Positions 1-9,185 of a stretch of DNA of 64,000 nucleotides are shown here, one piece after another. The notes below the pieces were generated by a model. The model was given only the letters and a program-made list of their open reading frames with translations. It made no database searches and was not told the origin of the DNA. The translations under genes and the position numbers were made by a program. Every line of letters begins with the position of its first letter. Position 1 is the first letter of the stretch. The stretch comes from an uncultured Actinomycetes bacterium. GTDB lineage: Bacteria > Actinomycetota > Thermoleophilia > UBA2241. Location: positions 46,827 to 110,826 of the forward strand of contig CAVPVX010000006.1 of the NCBI GenBank assembly GCA_963709345.1, read 5' to 3'.

Positions 1-38
1 TTGCGGGCCGGTGGGCTCGTGTGTCGTCGTGAAAGTCT

Positions 39-85
39 ACAGCCCCGGCGGGCGGCGCGTTTTCTGCGCCGCCCGCCGGGGCTGT
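39..85 (-). terminator. 20-bp perfect inverted repeat, likely intrinsic terminator of the 136..1131 gene
   Basis: acagccccggcgggcggcgc-gttttct-gcgccgcccgccggggctgt, 50 nt downstream of the stop codon. Confidence 0.7.
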
Positions 86-135
86 CTCTCCGCTCGCTCA
101 GGCCGGTTCGTAGACGGCTGGGGGCTGGGGCCGGC

Positions 136-1131
136 TCACGGCACGGTGTAGGTCAGGCCGTTGCTCAGGTAGCCGGTCAGCTTGTAGCTCTGCCCCCCGT
201 TCAGCTGCTCGTACACATACCCACCCGGGGATGTGCCCGGCGCCATGGGCTGGCTCGTGAACGGGTTCACCGGCCAGGGATCGACGTACTGCGCGACGCC
301 ACCGCCGCTCACGACGTCCTGCGCCGCCGGGTACAGGTTGTTGTTGTTCGTCGCCCAGGTGACGATGCCGATCTGCAGCTTGGCGATGCCGTCGATCACC
401 TGCTGGTCCGCCGACGGCGAGACGCTTGGACTGGGGCTCGCGGTCTGCGTCGGCGTGAGCGTGGGCGTCGGGCTGGGCGACGGCGTGGGAGAGGGCGACG
501 GGCTGGTCGGCAGGAGCACGTCGGCGCGCACGAAGACGACGGGGTCCGTCTTGAGGTCTCCCGAGGTGAAGCGAAGCGAGAGCCGGTCGCTTGCGGTCTC
601 GTGCGTGAGCGTCGCCGCCACCTTCCCGGTCGCGCCCTGGATGTCGAGGGCGGCGGCGTCGACGGTCGTCTCGAGCTTTCCGTCGACGAGGTCGGCGACC
701 GCGGACCCGGCCGGCTTGAGTTGGTCGTCGAACTGCTTGATCCGGAACTGGTCGTTGCCGGTGCGGGTGATGACGAGCCCTCCGCCGGTCATCGCCGCGG
801 GTGACCAGGTGCCGATGAACTCGTCTCCGGTGGCCGAGTCGGTGGGCCGCAGGTAGAAGAACCAGACGGCGGCCACGGCGATCACGGCGATCAGGGCGAC
901 GATGACCCACACCCACCAGGGCATGCCCGATCCGGAACTCTGCGGCCGGCTCATCATGAGGGTCGGTTGCATCGGCGGCGGCGGAGGCTTCGCGCCGCCC
1001 GCCGCCGGCATCACGCGGGTGGCGTCCGTGCTGTCGCCGCTCAGTACCTGTGTCGCGCCCTCGTCTGCGGGGGGCACCACCCGGGTCACGTCGGTGTCGT
1101 CGGGCAGTCTGCCCGTTGTCTCATCGTCCAT
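136..1131 (-). CDS. Single-pass membrane protein with extracellular beta domain, Pro/Ser/Thr linker and C-terminal GspG/pilin-like domain
   Basis: TM WWVWVIVALIAVIAVAAVWFFY; EFIGTW motif; PSPSPTPSP linker; tail YP...YVDPWPVNPF...YVY...YKLTGYLSNG; GGAGG RBS. Confidence 0.75.
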   Translation of the reverse strand: MDDETTGRLPDDTDVTRVVPPADEGATQVLSGDSTDATRVMPAAGGAKPPPPPMQPTLMMSRPQSSGSGMPWWVWVIVALIAVIAVAAVWFFYLRPTDSATGDEFIGTWSPAAMTGGGLVITRTGNDQFRIKQFDDQLKPAGSAVADLVDGKLETTVDAAALDIQGATGKVAATLTHETASDRLSLRFTSGDLKTDPVVFVRADVLLPTSPSPSPTPSPSPTPTLTPTQTASPSPSVSPSADQQVIDGIAKLQIGIVTWATNNNNLYPAAQDVVSGGGVAQYVDPWPVNPFTSQPMAPGTSPGGYVYEQLNGGQSYKLTGYLSNGLTYTVP

Positions 1132-1191
1132 GCTCGCCCTCCGCGCCGTGGTGACTACCGAGTAGTGGTGCCTCTCCTGTATTTGCCCAGT

Positions 1192-2481
1192 TCATGAACT
1201 TCCCTGTTCGAGTGACTTCCAAAGGTCGAAGAACGTGGGGCACGTCTTGGTGACGCAATCCGGGTCCTCAACGACGATTCCGGGGACGCGCAGGCCGAGG
1301 ACGGAGAACGCCATGGCGATACGGTGGTCGCCGTGCGGGTCGACACGACCCCCCGAGGGGGCGCCCGGGTGGATGCGGACGAAATCCGTGCCTGATTCGG
1401 CGCGCACGCCCAGGCGGCGCAGATTGTCTTCCACGGCCTTGATGCGGTCGGACTCCTTGAGGCGGACGTTGCCGATGCCCGTGATCGTGACCGGCGAGGT
1501 GGCCAATGGGGCGATCGCAGCGAGGGTCATGAACGTGTCGGAGATGTCGCTCATGTCCACTGTGATGCCGGAGAGGGAGCCGGGGCCGGTGACGCGAACG
1601 CCTGCAGGCTCGTCGACGACCGCGCAGCCCATCGCCTCGAGGACGTCCAGAAAACGGATGTCGCCCTGCAGGCAGCGGTCGCGATGCAATCCGCGGACGA
1701 GCACTCGCCCGCACAGGGCTGCCGCGGCGAAGAAGTACGACGCAGTGGACGCGTCGGGCTCCACGATGTAATCGCGCCCTCGATACATGGCCGGCGGCAC
1801 GACGAAGCGCTGGTGTCCCTCGCCGGAGACGGCGACGCCGAAGTCGGCCATCATCGCCACCGTCATGTCGACGTAGGGGCGGCTGACGAGTCCTTCGACC
1901 GTGAGCTCGAGCGAGGTGCGAGCCAGGGGTGCGGCCATCAGCAGCGCCGAGACGAACTGGCTGGAAGTGTCGCCGGGCAGACACAGCTTACCGCCCGCCA
2001 ACCCGCGCGCGTGAAGCGTGAGCGGGAGGGCTTCGGCGCCGGCCGGCTCGATGAGGGCGCCCTGGGCGCGGAGCGCGCCGAGGAGCGGCGCCAGGGGGCG
2101 GCGCCTGAGCTGCGGCGCCGCGTCGAACCGGTAGGCGCCGCCGCCGCCGGCGGCCGCCGCGAGGAGGAAGCGCGCCGCCGTACCCGCCTCGGCGCAGTAG
2201 ACGTCCGCGTCGCGCGCGGGGATGCTCCCCGCGCCGCCGGCGACATGCCAGGCGCCGTGGGCTTCGGCGACGGAGAAGCCGAGGTCGCGGAGCCCGCCGG
2301 CGAAGGCCAGCGTGTCGTCGGCGGCGAGGATGCCGCGCAGCACGGACTCTCCGTCTGCGAGGGCGGCGAGCAGAAGCGCCCGGTTGGTGATGCTCTTGGA
2401 GCCCGGCACCTCGACGCCGGCGTCGAGATCCGGGCGGGCCGGGCGAATCGGGCGCGGAGCGCTGGCGTGGACGGTGCTCAT
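1192..2481 (-). CDS. aroA: 3-phosphoshikimate 1-carboxyvinyltransferase (EPSP synthase)
   Basis: PGSKSITNRALLLAAL, SSQFVSALL, RLKESDRI, DHRIAMAF, KTCPTFF; start placed at ATG 7 nt after TATCAT. Confidence 0.95.
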   Translation of the reverse strand: MSTVHASAPRPIRPARPDLDAGVEVPGSKSITNRALLLAALADGESVLRGILAADDTLAFAGGLRDLGFSVAEAHGAWHVAGGAGSIPARDADVYCAEAGTAARFLLAAAAGGGGAYRFDAAPQLRRRPLAPLLGALRAQGALIEPAGAEALPLTLHARGLAGGKLCLPGDTSSQFVSALLMAAPLARTSLELTVEGLVSRPYVDMTVAMMADFGVAVSGEGHQRFVVPPAMYRGRDYIVEPDASTASYFFAAAALCGRVLVRGLHRDRCLQGDIRFLDVLEAMGCAVVDEPAGVRVTGPGSLSGITVDMSDISDTFMTLAAIAPLATSPVTITGIGNVRLKESDRIKAVEDNLRRLGVRAESGTDFVRIHPGAPSGGRVDPHGDHRIAMAFSVLGLRVPGIVVEDPDCVTKTCPTFFDLWKSLEQGSS

Positions 2482-2503
2482 CGCCCGGATGATACAGCAG
2501 CGC

Positions 2504-2864
2504 CTACCTGAGCTCCGTGGCAACGTAGACGGCGACCGCTTCGATCTCCGCTGTCGTCAGTTGTCCCGAGAAGGCCGGCATGGAGCCGCCGCCGTTCTCC
2601 ACCTGGTCCGTGATAGTCGGCGAGGTCGTCCTCGCCGCGGATGGCCGGGGCGCTTCCACCGCCTCCGTCGGAGCCGTGGCAGCCGGCGCAGTTGCCGGCG
2701 AAGACGGAGGCGCCGTCGGCCGTGCCGGCAGGAGACTCGGCCGCGGCGGGTGTGGTCGCCGCCGGGCTCTCCGCCTCGGCGCCGCCACCGTCGTCGCCGC
2801 CGCACGCCGCGACGCCGAGTACGAGGGCGCACGTGACGAGAGTGGCCGCAAGGATCCTTCGCAT
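2504..2864 (-). CDS. Monoheme c-type cytochrome lipoprotein (c551-like), one-base frameshift near 2615
   Basis: Lipobox VAAC; CAGCHG heme motif; second frame continues ITDQVENGGGSMPAF (axial Met); span 361 nt = 3n+1. Confidence 0.8.
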
Positions 2865-2949
2865 GGGCGCTCCTTTGGTCCGCTGTGTGCCGGCGTCTTG
2901 CCCGCTTGCGGCGCGGGCCAACCGCGTTACGGGACCGGCCCGGGCGGGC

Positions 2950-3888
2950 TCAGGACGAAAGGCTCTTCGAGTAGAGCTCGTACGCCGAGCTGATCTGCAT
3001 CCCCGCGCGCTCGTAGACCCGCAGCGGGTGCGTCTCGCCTTCGGCGTCGACGCCGAGATCGATGCGCGTCTGCCCGCGCCGCGCGAACTCGGCGAAGGCG
3101 TGCGTGAGCATCGCGCCGCCCAGACCGCGGCGGCGCCACTCGCGCCGCACCCCCAGGCCCTTGATCCAGCCCAGGTCTCCGTGATCGTAGGCGATGAGGG
3201 CTCCGACGGGTTCGTCACCGTCCCACGCGAGCCACCATAGCCGCGGATCGAAGTCGGCGTGGCCCAGGAGCCGCGCGCGCCAGGAGTCGAACGGCTCCTC
3301 GCTGTGCCGGAAGTGGTCGGTGAACGCGGCGTTCATCGTCTCGTACATGACCCGCCGGTCGGCGTCCGCGCGGAACGCGCGGATCTCGATGCCGGCCGGG
3401 ACCGGCAGAGACGGCGGGCCTGACGTGAGGTCCGCGGTCATGCGGAAGACGGTACGGGCGACGCGGTACCCATGCCTGCGCAGCAGGTCGCGTTTGGCGT
3501 CGCCGACGGTGATGCAGAAGACGTCGAGCGAAGCGTCGCCGTAGCCACTCGCGTCGGCCAGCTCCGCGGCGCGCCGCTCGGCGAGACCGAGCAGGCGGTC
3601 GGCAAGACCTTCCTCGTGGTGCCCGGGGTGCACCCACAGGTCGGCCTCGAGCTCGCCGGTGCGGTACTGGTCGCCCGCGTACGCGTAGCCCACCAGCCGG
3701 CCGCCGGGTCCCTCGGCCACCCACGCGTCGCGGCCCGGGTCGAAGCCGTCCATCGACCAGTCGTTCTCGAGGTCCTCCATCGTGCTGTCGGGCTCGCCGA
3801 TCTCGGCGATGTCGCAGGCGACGAGGAGGTCGAGGACCTCAGGGAGGTCGCCACGCGTCGCGGCCCGGATGCGGCTCGGCCCGTTCAC
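2950..3888 (-). CDS. Tandem GNAT N-acetyltransferase (MshD-like architecture)
   Basis: Two GNAT domains; LGVRREWRRRGLGGAML acetyl-CoA motif; LRVYERAGM. Confidence 0.85.
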   Translation of the reverse strand: MNGPSRIRAATRGDLPEVLDLLVACDIAEIGEPDSTMEDLENDWSMDGFDPGRDAWVAEGPGGRLVGYAYAGDQYRTGELEADLWVHPGHHEEGLADRLLGLAERRAAELADASGYGDASLDVFCITVGDAKRDLLRRHGYRVARTVFRMTADLTSGPPSLPVPAGIEIRAFRADADRRVMYETMNAAFTDHFRHSEEPFDSWRARLLGHADFDPRLWWLAWDGDEPVGALIAYDHGDLGWIKGLGVRREWRRRGLGGAMLTHAFAEFARRGQTRIDLGVDAEGETHPLRVYERAGMQISSAYELYSKSLSS

Positions 3889-4529
3889 GGCGTCGCTTTG
3901 ACCAGCGTGGCCGTGGTGTCCGCCTCCTGCCCGGAGACGCTCGTCCCCTCGATCCGCATCTCGAGGTGCGTCGCGTCGATGCTCGAGAACACGATCGAGA
4001 AGTCGCCGGCGAGCGCCTTCAGCGCGTCCTTGAAGCGCTCGGCGTTGCCCTCGCCGGCCATGGTGGCGAAGTCGTCGACCGTGATCACCAGTTCGTCTCC
4101 GTCGATGTGGGCGGGGACGGTCGCCTTCTGCTCGGGCTGAGAGCCCGTCAGCGTGACGCTGAACGTGTCCCCGGGGCGCGTCACGAGGACGGTGCCGATG
4201 CCGCTGCCGGTGGCGCTCCAGGCGCCGAGAAACTCGTCACCGCTCGTCGAGGGGCCGCCACGGAGGACGAAGAACCACACCGCGACGATGGCGACGACGG
4301 CGATGATGGCGCCGATGACGACGAGGCGGACGGCGCCCGATGAGCCGGAGGACGAGGACGCGGCGGTCGCCGGCTGCGGCCGGTACTCCGGCGCGAGGTC
4401 GTAGGAGCCGGGCGGAGCGCCTGCGCCGCCGCCCCCGCCTTGCGTCGCGCCGGCGACGGGCGCGCCGCAGCGGCCGCACGTCCAATCGCCCTGCTTGAGC
4501 GCGGCGCCGCAGCTCGGGCAGTCGCTCAT
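3885..4529 (-). CDS. Zinc-ribbon, single TM, extracellular domain protein
   Basis: CPSC...CGRC; TM IIAVVAIVAVWFFVL; GDEFLGAW motif shared with 136..1131. Confidence 0.8.
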   Translation of the reverse strand: MSDCPSCGAALKQGDWTCGRCGAPVAGATQGGGGGAGAPPGSYDLAPEYRPQPATAASSSSGSSGAVRLVVIGAIIAVVAIVAVWFFVLRGGPSTSGDEFLGAWSATGSGIGTVLVTRPGDTFSVTLTGSQPEQKATVPAHIDGDELVITVDDFATMAGEGNAERFKDALKALAGDFSIVFSSIDATHLEMRIEGTSVSGQEADTTATLVKATP

Positions 4530-4539
4530 CGTCTTCTCC

Positions 4540-5841
4540 TCAGAACTCGAGCTTGTCCAGCCGGGCGAAGATCACGTCGCGCCCCGCCGTGTACTGATCC
4601 GGATCCATCGCGGCTTCCACGTCTGCGGAGCTCATGACCGCCATCGCCTCGTCGTTCTGCTTGATGAGCATGCCGAAGTCGACGCCCTCACGCCAGGCGT
4701 GCATGGCAGAGTCCTGGACGACGCGGTAGGCGTCGTCGCGCTGCATGCCCTTGTCCACCAAAGCCAGCAGGACCGCCCCGCTGAACACGAGGCGGTAGCT
4801 CTGGCTCAGGTTCGCCAGCATTCGCTCCTCGTCCACGACGAGGCCGACGACGAGCTTCGTGAAGTTCTGCAGCATGTAGTCGAGGAGGATGCAGCTGTCG
4901 GGCAGCACGATGCGCTCGGCGGAGCTGTGGCTGATGTCGCGCTCGTGCCACAGCGCCATGTTCTCCATGCCGACGACGGCGTTGCCGCGAAGCACGCGGG
5001 CGCAGCCGGCCATGCGCTCGCTGAGGATCGGGTTGCGCTTGTGGGGCATCGCCGACGAGCCCTTCTGTCCCTTCCCGAACGCCTCCTCGGCCTCACGGAC
5101 CTCGCTGCGCTGCAGGTGGCGCACCTCGGTCGCGAACTTCTCGACGCTCGAGCCGATGATCGCCACGGCGCTGAGGAAGGCGGCGTGCCGGTCGCGTTGT
5201 ACCACCTGGTTGCTGATCGGCTCGCGGCCGAGCCCGAGCTCCTCGCAGACCAGATCCTCGACCCGAGGGTCGATGTTGTTGTAGGCGCCCACGGCTCCGC
5301 TGATCTTGCCGACCGCGGCGTTCACGGTGACCATGCGCATGCGCTTGAGGTTGCGGCTGACCTCGAAGGCCCACATGCCGAGCTTCATGCCGAAGGTGAT
5401 GGGCTCGGCGTGGACGCCGTGGGTGCGCCCCACCTGCACCGTGTCGCGGAACTCGAAGGCGCGCCGCTTGAGCGTCTCGCCCAGCGTGACGAGGTCGCGC
5501 TCGAGGAGCAGGCCGGCGCGCTTGATCTGCAGCGCCAGCGCGGTGTCGAGCATGTCGCTGCTGGTCATGCCGTAGTGGACGTACTTGCTCGCGTCGCCGA
5601 CGTGTTCGGCGACGTTGGTGAGAAAGGCGATGACGTCGTGGTTCGTCGTCGCCTCGATCTCGGCGACGCGCGCGACATCGAAGGCGGCCTTCGCCTCGAT
5701 CTCCCGAACGGCCTCGGCGGGTACCTTGCCGAGCTTGTGCCAGGCCTTGACGGCGGCGATCTCGACATCGAGCCAGGCCTGCATCTTGGCTTCTTCGGTC
5801 CAGATGGCGTCCATCTCTGGGAGCGTGTAGCGGTCGATCAT
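4540..5841 (-). CDS. purB: Adenylosuccinate lyase
   Basis: MIDRY start, HYGMTSSD, GRTHGVHAEP, GSSAMPHKRNP. Confidence 0.96.
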   Translation of the reverse strand: MIDRYTLPEMDAIWTEEAKMQAWLDVEIAAVKAWHKLGKVPAEAVREIEAKAAFDVARVAEIEATTNHDVIAFLTNVAEHVGDASKYVHYGMTSSDMLDTALALQIKRAGLLLERDLVTLGETLKRRAFEFRDTVQVGRTHGVHAEPITFGMKLGMWAFEVSRNLKRMRMVTVNAAVGKISGAVGAYNNIDPRVEDLVCEELGLGREPISNQVVQRDRHAAFLSAVAIIGSSVEKFATEVRHLQRSEVREAEEAFGKGQKGSSAMPHKRNPILSERMAGCARVLRGNAVVGMENMALWHERDISHSSAERIVLPDSCILLDYMLQNFTKLVVGLVVDEERMLANLSQSYRLVFSGAVLLALVDKGMQRDDAYRVVQDSAMHAWREGVDFGMLIKQNDEAMAVMSSADVEAAMDPDQYTAGRDVIFARLDKLEF

Positions 5842-6019
5842 CGAGGGCCCTCCGCCGGACGAGGTCGGGTCGGGCCGGGTCGGCGCGCCGACCCGGCCCC
5901 TCTGTGCACCGGCGATTCTCTCACACCGCCTCGACACTGTGGCCGGACGTCCCGTCCGCCTGTACAGTACGAGCCTGGCGGATGAGAGCCGGTCCGTCGT
6001 CAGGTGAAAGGAGCTCAGC

Positions 6020-6397
6020 GTGAGGAGAGACGTGTGGCCGGCGGTGTTCGCCTTGCTCGTCGGCGCCGGCATGGTGGCGCAGTGGACGCTTTCGCTGGTG
6101 GGTGGTGGTGTCGCGGAGGTCGAGACCCGGCCCGTCGAACTCGGCTTTCATCTCGCCGCCGAGGGCACGACGGCCCTGCTGCTCGTCGTCGCGGGGCTGG
6201 GGCTCCTGCGTCGTGCCGGTTGGGCGTGGTGGCTGTACTGCGTCGCTACCGGGATGCTGCTGTACACGGCCATCGTGAGTCCGGGGTACTTCGTCCAGGA
6301 GGGCCAGCCGGCGTATCTGGCGCTCTTCGTGGTGATCCTGGCGCTGGCGCTGGTGTTTCTCGCACTGGTGGTGCGGTCGCGAAGGCCCTCGGGTTGA
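6020..6397 (+). CDS. Hypothetical four-TM membrane protein
   Basis: AAAGGAG RBS, four hydrophobic segments, FHLAAE and SPGYF motifs. Confidence 0.7.
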   Translation: MRRDVWPAVFALLVGAGMVAQWTLSLVGGGVAEVETRPVELGFHLAAEGTTALLLVVAGLGLLRRAGWAWWLYCVATGMLLYTAIVSPGYFVQEGQPAYLALFVVILALALVFLALVVRSRRPSG

Positions 6398-6485
6398 GGG
6401 AGAGACCCGCTCCAGGCGTCACCTCAGCTGCCGGGCGTTCGGATACAATCGCACCGGGCTCACCGGCGACCGCGAGGAGGATGGC

Positions 6486-6758
6486 ATGGCAACCGACGAG
6501 GAGCATCGCGAACAGGCGATCAAGACCATCAAGAAGAAGCGTGACTTCTGGGGGCACGTCGTCGCCTACTGCATCGTCAACGCCTTCCTCGTTCTCCTCT
6601 GGTACCTGACCGGGCACGGGTACTTCTGGCCGATATGGGTCATCGCCGGCTGGGGCATCGGAGTCGCCTTCAACGCCTGGGATGCCTACGGTCGCGAGGG
6701 CCGCGTGATCAGCGAAGAGGAGATCCAGCGCGAGATCGACCGGCAGAAGCGCGGCTGA
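6486..6758 (+). CDS. 2TM-domain protein
   Basis: KKRDFWGHVVAYCIVN...WPIWVIAGWGIG; upstream TACAAT and GAGGAGG. Confidence 0.85.
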   Translation: MATDEEHREQAIKTIKKKRDFWGHVVAYCIVNAFLVLLWYLTGHGYFWPIWVIAGWGIGVAFNAWDAYGREGRVISEEEIQREIDRQKRG

Positions 6759-6761
6759 GCA

Positions 6762-7240
6762 CTACTCTCCGGTCGCCGTGCCGCCGTCGGAGAGGTGGCC
6801 GACGAGGGTGAAGTCGGCGCCGTCGCCGTCGGCGACCGCCGCGTCGGCGCACGCCGTCTCGTCGACACGCTCGAGCCCTGTCACTCGCTCCTCCGTCAGA
6901 GCGGGGCCTCGAGGTCGAGCGTCAGCCCGTCCGCTCCGTCCGGCGCGAAGCGCATGGTCGCGGCGTGGGTCTCGATCACCAGGTCTTCACCGTCGAGGAC
7001 GGCGCCGCCGAGCGGCGTGTCGGGGTTGGCCCGTGCCGTGTACACGCCTCCGTCCTCGCTGATGTGGACGTGCGCCTCCGGCGTCGCGTCTCCGTCGGTC
7101 CAGTAGCCGGCCAGCGGGTCCGCGGCGTCGCCTCAGCCGCCGAGCGCCGCCGCGCCGAGTACGGCGGCGCCGACCAGGAACCCGAGCGCCAGGAGGACGG
7201 CAAAGGCAGAGCGTCGCCCACGCCGGCGTCGCTCAGCCAC
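6762..7240 (-). pseudogene. Disrupted lipoprotein of the local surface-protein family (TGA at lipobox Cys plus one-base frameshift); not in the ORF track
   Basis: GTG start reads VAERRRRGRRSAFAVLLALGFLVGAAVLGAAALGG*GDAADPLAGYW; TGA at 7133-7135; frameshift near 6905; ends FTLVGHLSDGGTATGE. Confidence 0.7.
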
Positions 7241-7613
7241 GATGCGCTACCGCCTCGATCTCGACGTGCATGTCCTTGGGGAGGCGCGCGACCTCGACCG
7301 TCGATCGCGCCGGGTAGGGCTGGCTGAAGAACTCCCCGTACACCTCGTTCACGGCGCCGAACTCATCCATATTCCTGAGGAAGATGGTCGTCTTGACGAC
7401 GTCGTTGAGGGTGAGGCCGGCGGCGGCGAGGGTCGCACGGAGGTTCTCCAGCGCTTTGCGCGCCTGGTCCTTGGGTGTGTACCCGCAGATCTTGCCATCG
7501 GTGTCCAAGGCGAGGTGCCCGGAGAGGAAGACGAACTCGCCGGCCCCGACGGCCGGAGAGTACGGCCCCACTGCAGGGGCGCCGTCCGGCGCTGCGAACA
7601 CTTGCTTCTCCAT
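7233..7613 (-). CDS. RidA/YjgF family enamine/imine deaminase
   Basis: APAVGPYSPAV, VVKTTIFL, FGAVNEVY, YPARSTVEVARLP, VEIE. Confidence 0.93.
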   Translation of the reverse strand: MEKQVFAAPDGAPAVGPYSPAVGAGEFVFLSGHLALDTDGKICGYTPKDQARKALENLRATLAAAGLTLNDVVKTTIFLRNMDEFGAVNEVYGEFFSQPYPARSTVEVARLPKDMHVEIEAVAHRG

Positions 7614-7641
7614 GATGAGGCTTCCTTCCCGGCCGCTCGGC

Positions 7642-7758
7642 TCAGCTGAAGAGCGAGCGAACGGCCACGTAGGCGAGGATTATCGCGATGGCGAGCACCG
7701 CAAGGTAGATGAACGCCGATATCGTCCTGGGGCTCGGCGGCCTGTGATCCTTGGGCAC
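7642..7758 (-). CDS. Small single-TM protein, 38 aa
   Basis: GAGAGG RBS plus GTG; MPKDHRPPSPRTISAFIYLAVLAIAIILAYVAVRSLFS; fills the gap between the two RidA genes. Confidence 0.6.
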   Translation of the reverse strand: MPKDHRPPSPRTISAFIYLAVLAIAIILAYVAVRSLFS

Positions 7759-7766
7759 GTGGCCTC

Positions 7767-8147
7767 TCAGTAGCGTTGCGCGACGGCAGCGATCTGGAGT
7801 CGTGACTCGCCGGGCAACCATGGTACACCGGTGACGCTGCGCGCGGGATACGGCGCGGTGAACCGTGCGGCCAGCGCCGCGTCGACGGCGGTCTGGTCCT
7901 CGGGGTCCACCAGGTGCACCTCGAGGCTCACGACGTCGTCGACCGAGAGGCCTGTCGAGCGCAGCTGATGGGCGAGGTTGTCCAAGGCGCGGCCGACCTG
8001 GTCGGCGGCCGAGCCGCCCACCGGCTCGCCGCGTTCGTCGAGCGGCAGTTGCGCCGAGATGAAGACGAGGCGCCCGGCCGAGACGCCGGCAGAGGCCGGA
8101 CCGGCGGGGCTAGGCGCCCGGGTCGATGCTACGGGATGTCGTGCCAT
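7767..8147 (-). CDS. Second, divergent RidA/YjgF family protein
   Basis: VFISAQLP, ALDNL, DVVSL, YPARS. Confidence 0.85.
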   Translation of the reverse strand: MARHPVASTRAPSPAGPASAGVSAGRLVFISAQLPLDERGEPVGGSAADQVGRALDNLAHQLRSTGLSVDDVVSLEVHLVDPEDQTAVDAALAARFTAPYPARSVTGVPWLPGESRLQIAAVAQRY

Positions 8148-8192
8148 ACCCGTAGTGTTCCCCGCGGCGGGCCGGACCGACCTCGAGCGTGG

Positions 8193-8642
8193 CTAGACGT
8201 CGAGGATCTTCGCCGCCAGGATCGCCGCGTTGCGGGCGCCGTTGATGGCGACGCACGCGACGGGGACGCCGGGAGGCATCTGCACGATACTGAGCAGCGA
8301 GTCGAGTCCCCCGAGATCGCTGGTCTTGATCGGCACACCGATCACCGGCAGGTTCGTGTAGGCCGCGAGGACGCCGGGCAGGGCTGCCGCCTTGCCGGCG
8401 CCGCCGATCAGCACCTTGAGCCCGCGACTCTGCGCCGTGCGCGCGTAGTGCGAGACCTTGTCCGGGTCGCGGTGCGCCGACAGCACGTTGATCTCGTACT
8501 TGATCTTGCGCTCGTCGAGCTCGGCGCACGCTTTCTCCATGACCTCTCGGTCGCTCTCGCTGCCCATCACGATGCCGACGAGCACGGGCTCCATCTCGAT
8601 TCCCTGGAGGAGGGTCTCGACCTCAGTCCGGGTCTCTTCCAC
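8193..8642 (-). CDS. purE: N5-CAIR mutase
   Basis: GIVMGSESD, SAHRDP, GAGKAAALPG, SIVQMPPGVPVA; GTG after AAAGGAG. Confidence 0.95.
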   Translation of the reverse strand: MEETRTEVETLLQGIEMEPVLVGIVMGSESDREVMEKACAELDERKIKYEINVLSAHRDPDKVSHYARTAQSRGLKVLIGGAGKAAALPGVLAAYTNLPVIGVPIKTSDLGGLDSLLSIVQMPPGVPVACVAINGARNAAILAAKILDV

Positions 8643-8695
8643 GTCATGTCTCCTTTGCCGGCGGCGCGGCGGCGCAGCGCGCCCGCGCCGCTCAC

Positions 8696-9175
8696 TCAGT
8701 CGTCCAGCGTGATCGCGTCGGTCTTCCGGAAGCCCCACGCGCTGTCCTGGTCCTCGAAGGACAGGTCCGCGAGGCCCTCGCCGGTGAATGTCAGGGTCGT
8801 TGGCGTCGGCATGTCCTCGCTGATCGGGATCGCGAAGCTCAGTGTCTTGCCGTCGACGGTGGCGGGCAGCGCGTCGCTGCGCTCCCCGCTCTTGCCGACG
8901 AGGGTCACCGTGAGCCCGGCGTCGCCTGCGGCCACCTCGAGGCCGCCGCCGCTGCCCCCGGACGAGATGGAGTACGAACGCCCGTCCTCCCCCCAGGTGA
9001 TGTCGAAGGAGGCGTCGGCCGGCTCCCAGATCCCGGCGAAGGGACTCTCGGCGGCGTCCTCCGTCGAGGAGGACGAGTCTCCTCCGCAACCCGCAAGGGC
9101 GGCGGCGAGGGCGAGGCAGAGCACCAGCACGCACAGGACGGGCAGAGGCAGGCGGCGTGCGGAGCGAGGCTGCAT
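8696..9175 (-). CDS. Hypothetical lipoprotein (local surface-protein family)
   Basis: AAGGAG RBS; lipobox LAGC; SPFAGIW motif; LPATVDGKTL. Confidence 0.8.
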   Translation of the reverse strand: MQPRSARRLPLPVLCVLVLCLALAAALAGCGGDSSSSTEDAAESPFAGIWEPADASFDITWGEDGRSYSISSGGSGGGLEVAAGDAGLTVTLVGKSGERSDALPATVDGKTLSFAIPISEDMPTPTTLTFTGEGLADLSFEDQDSAWGFRKTDAITLDD

Positions 9176-9185
9176 GTGGATCTCC

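Noticed and set aside
405-510. Short repeated units (PSPSPTP coding)
   Set aside because: Low-complexity protein linker, not a DNA repeat element or CRISPR array
7133-7135. Selenocysteine read-through at the lipobox TGA
   Set aside because: No convincing SECIS, no redox motif, and the gene has a second lesion; kept only as a remote alternative
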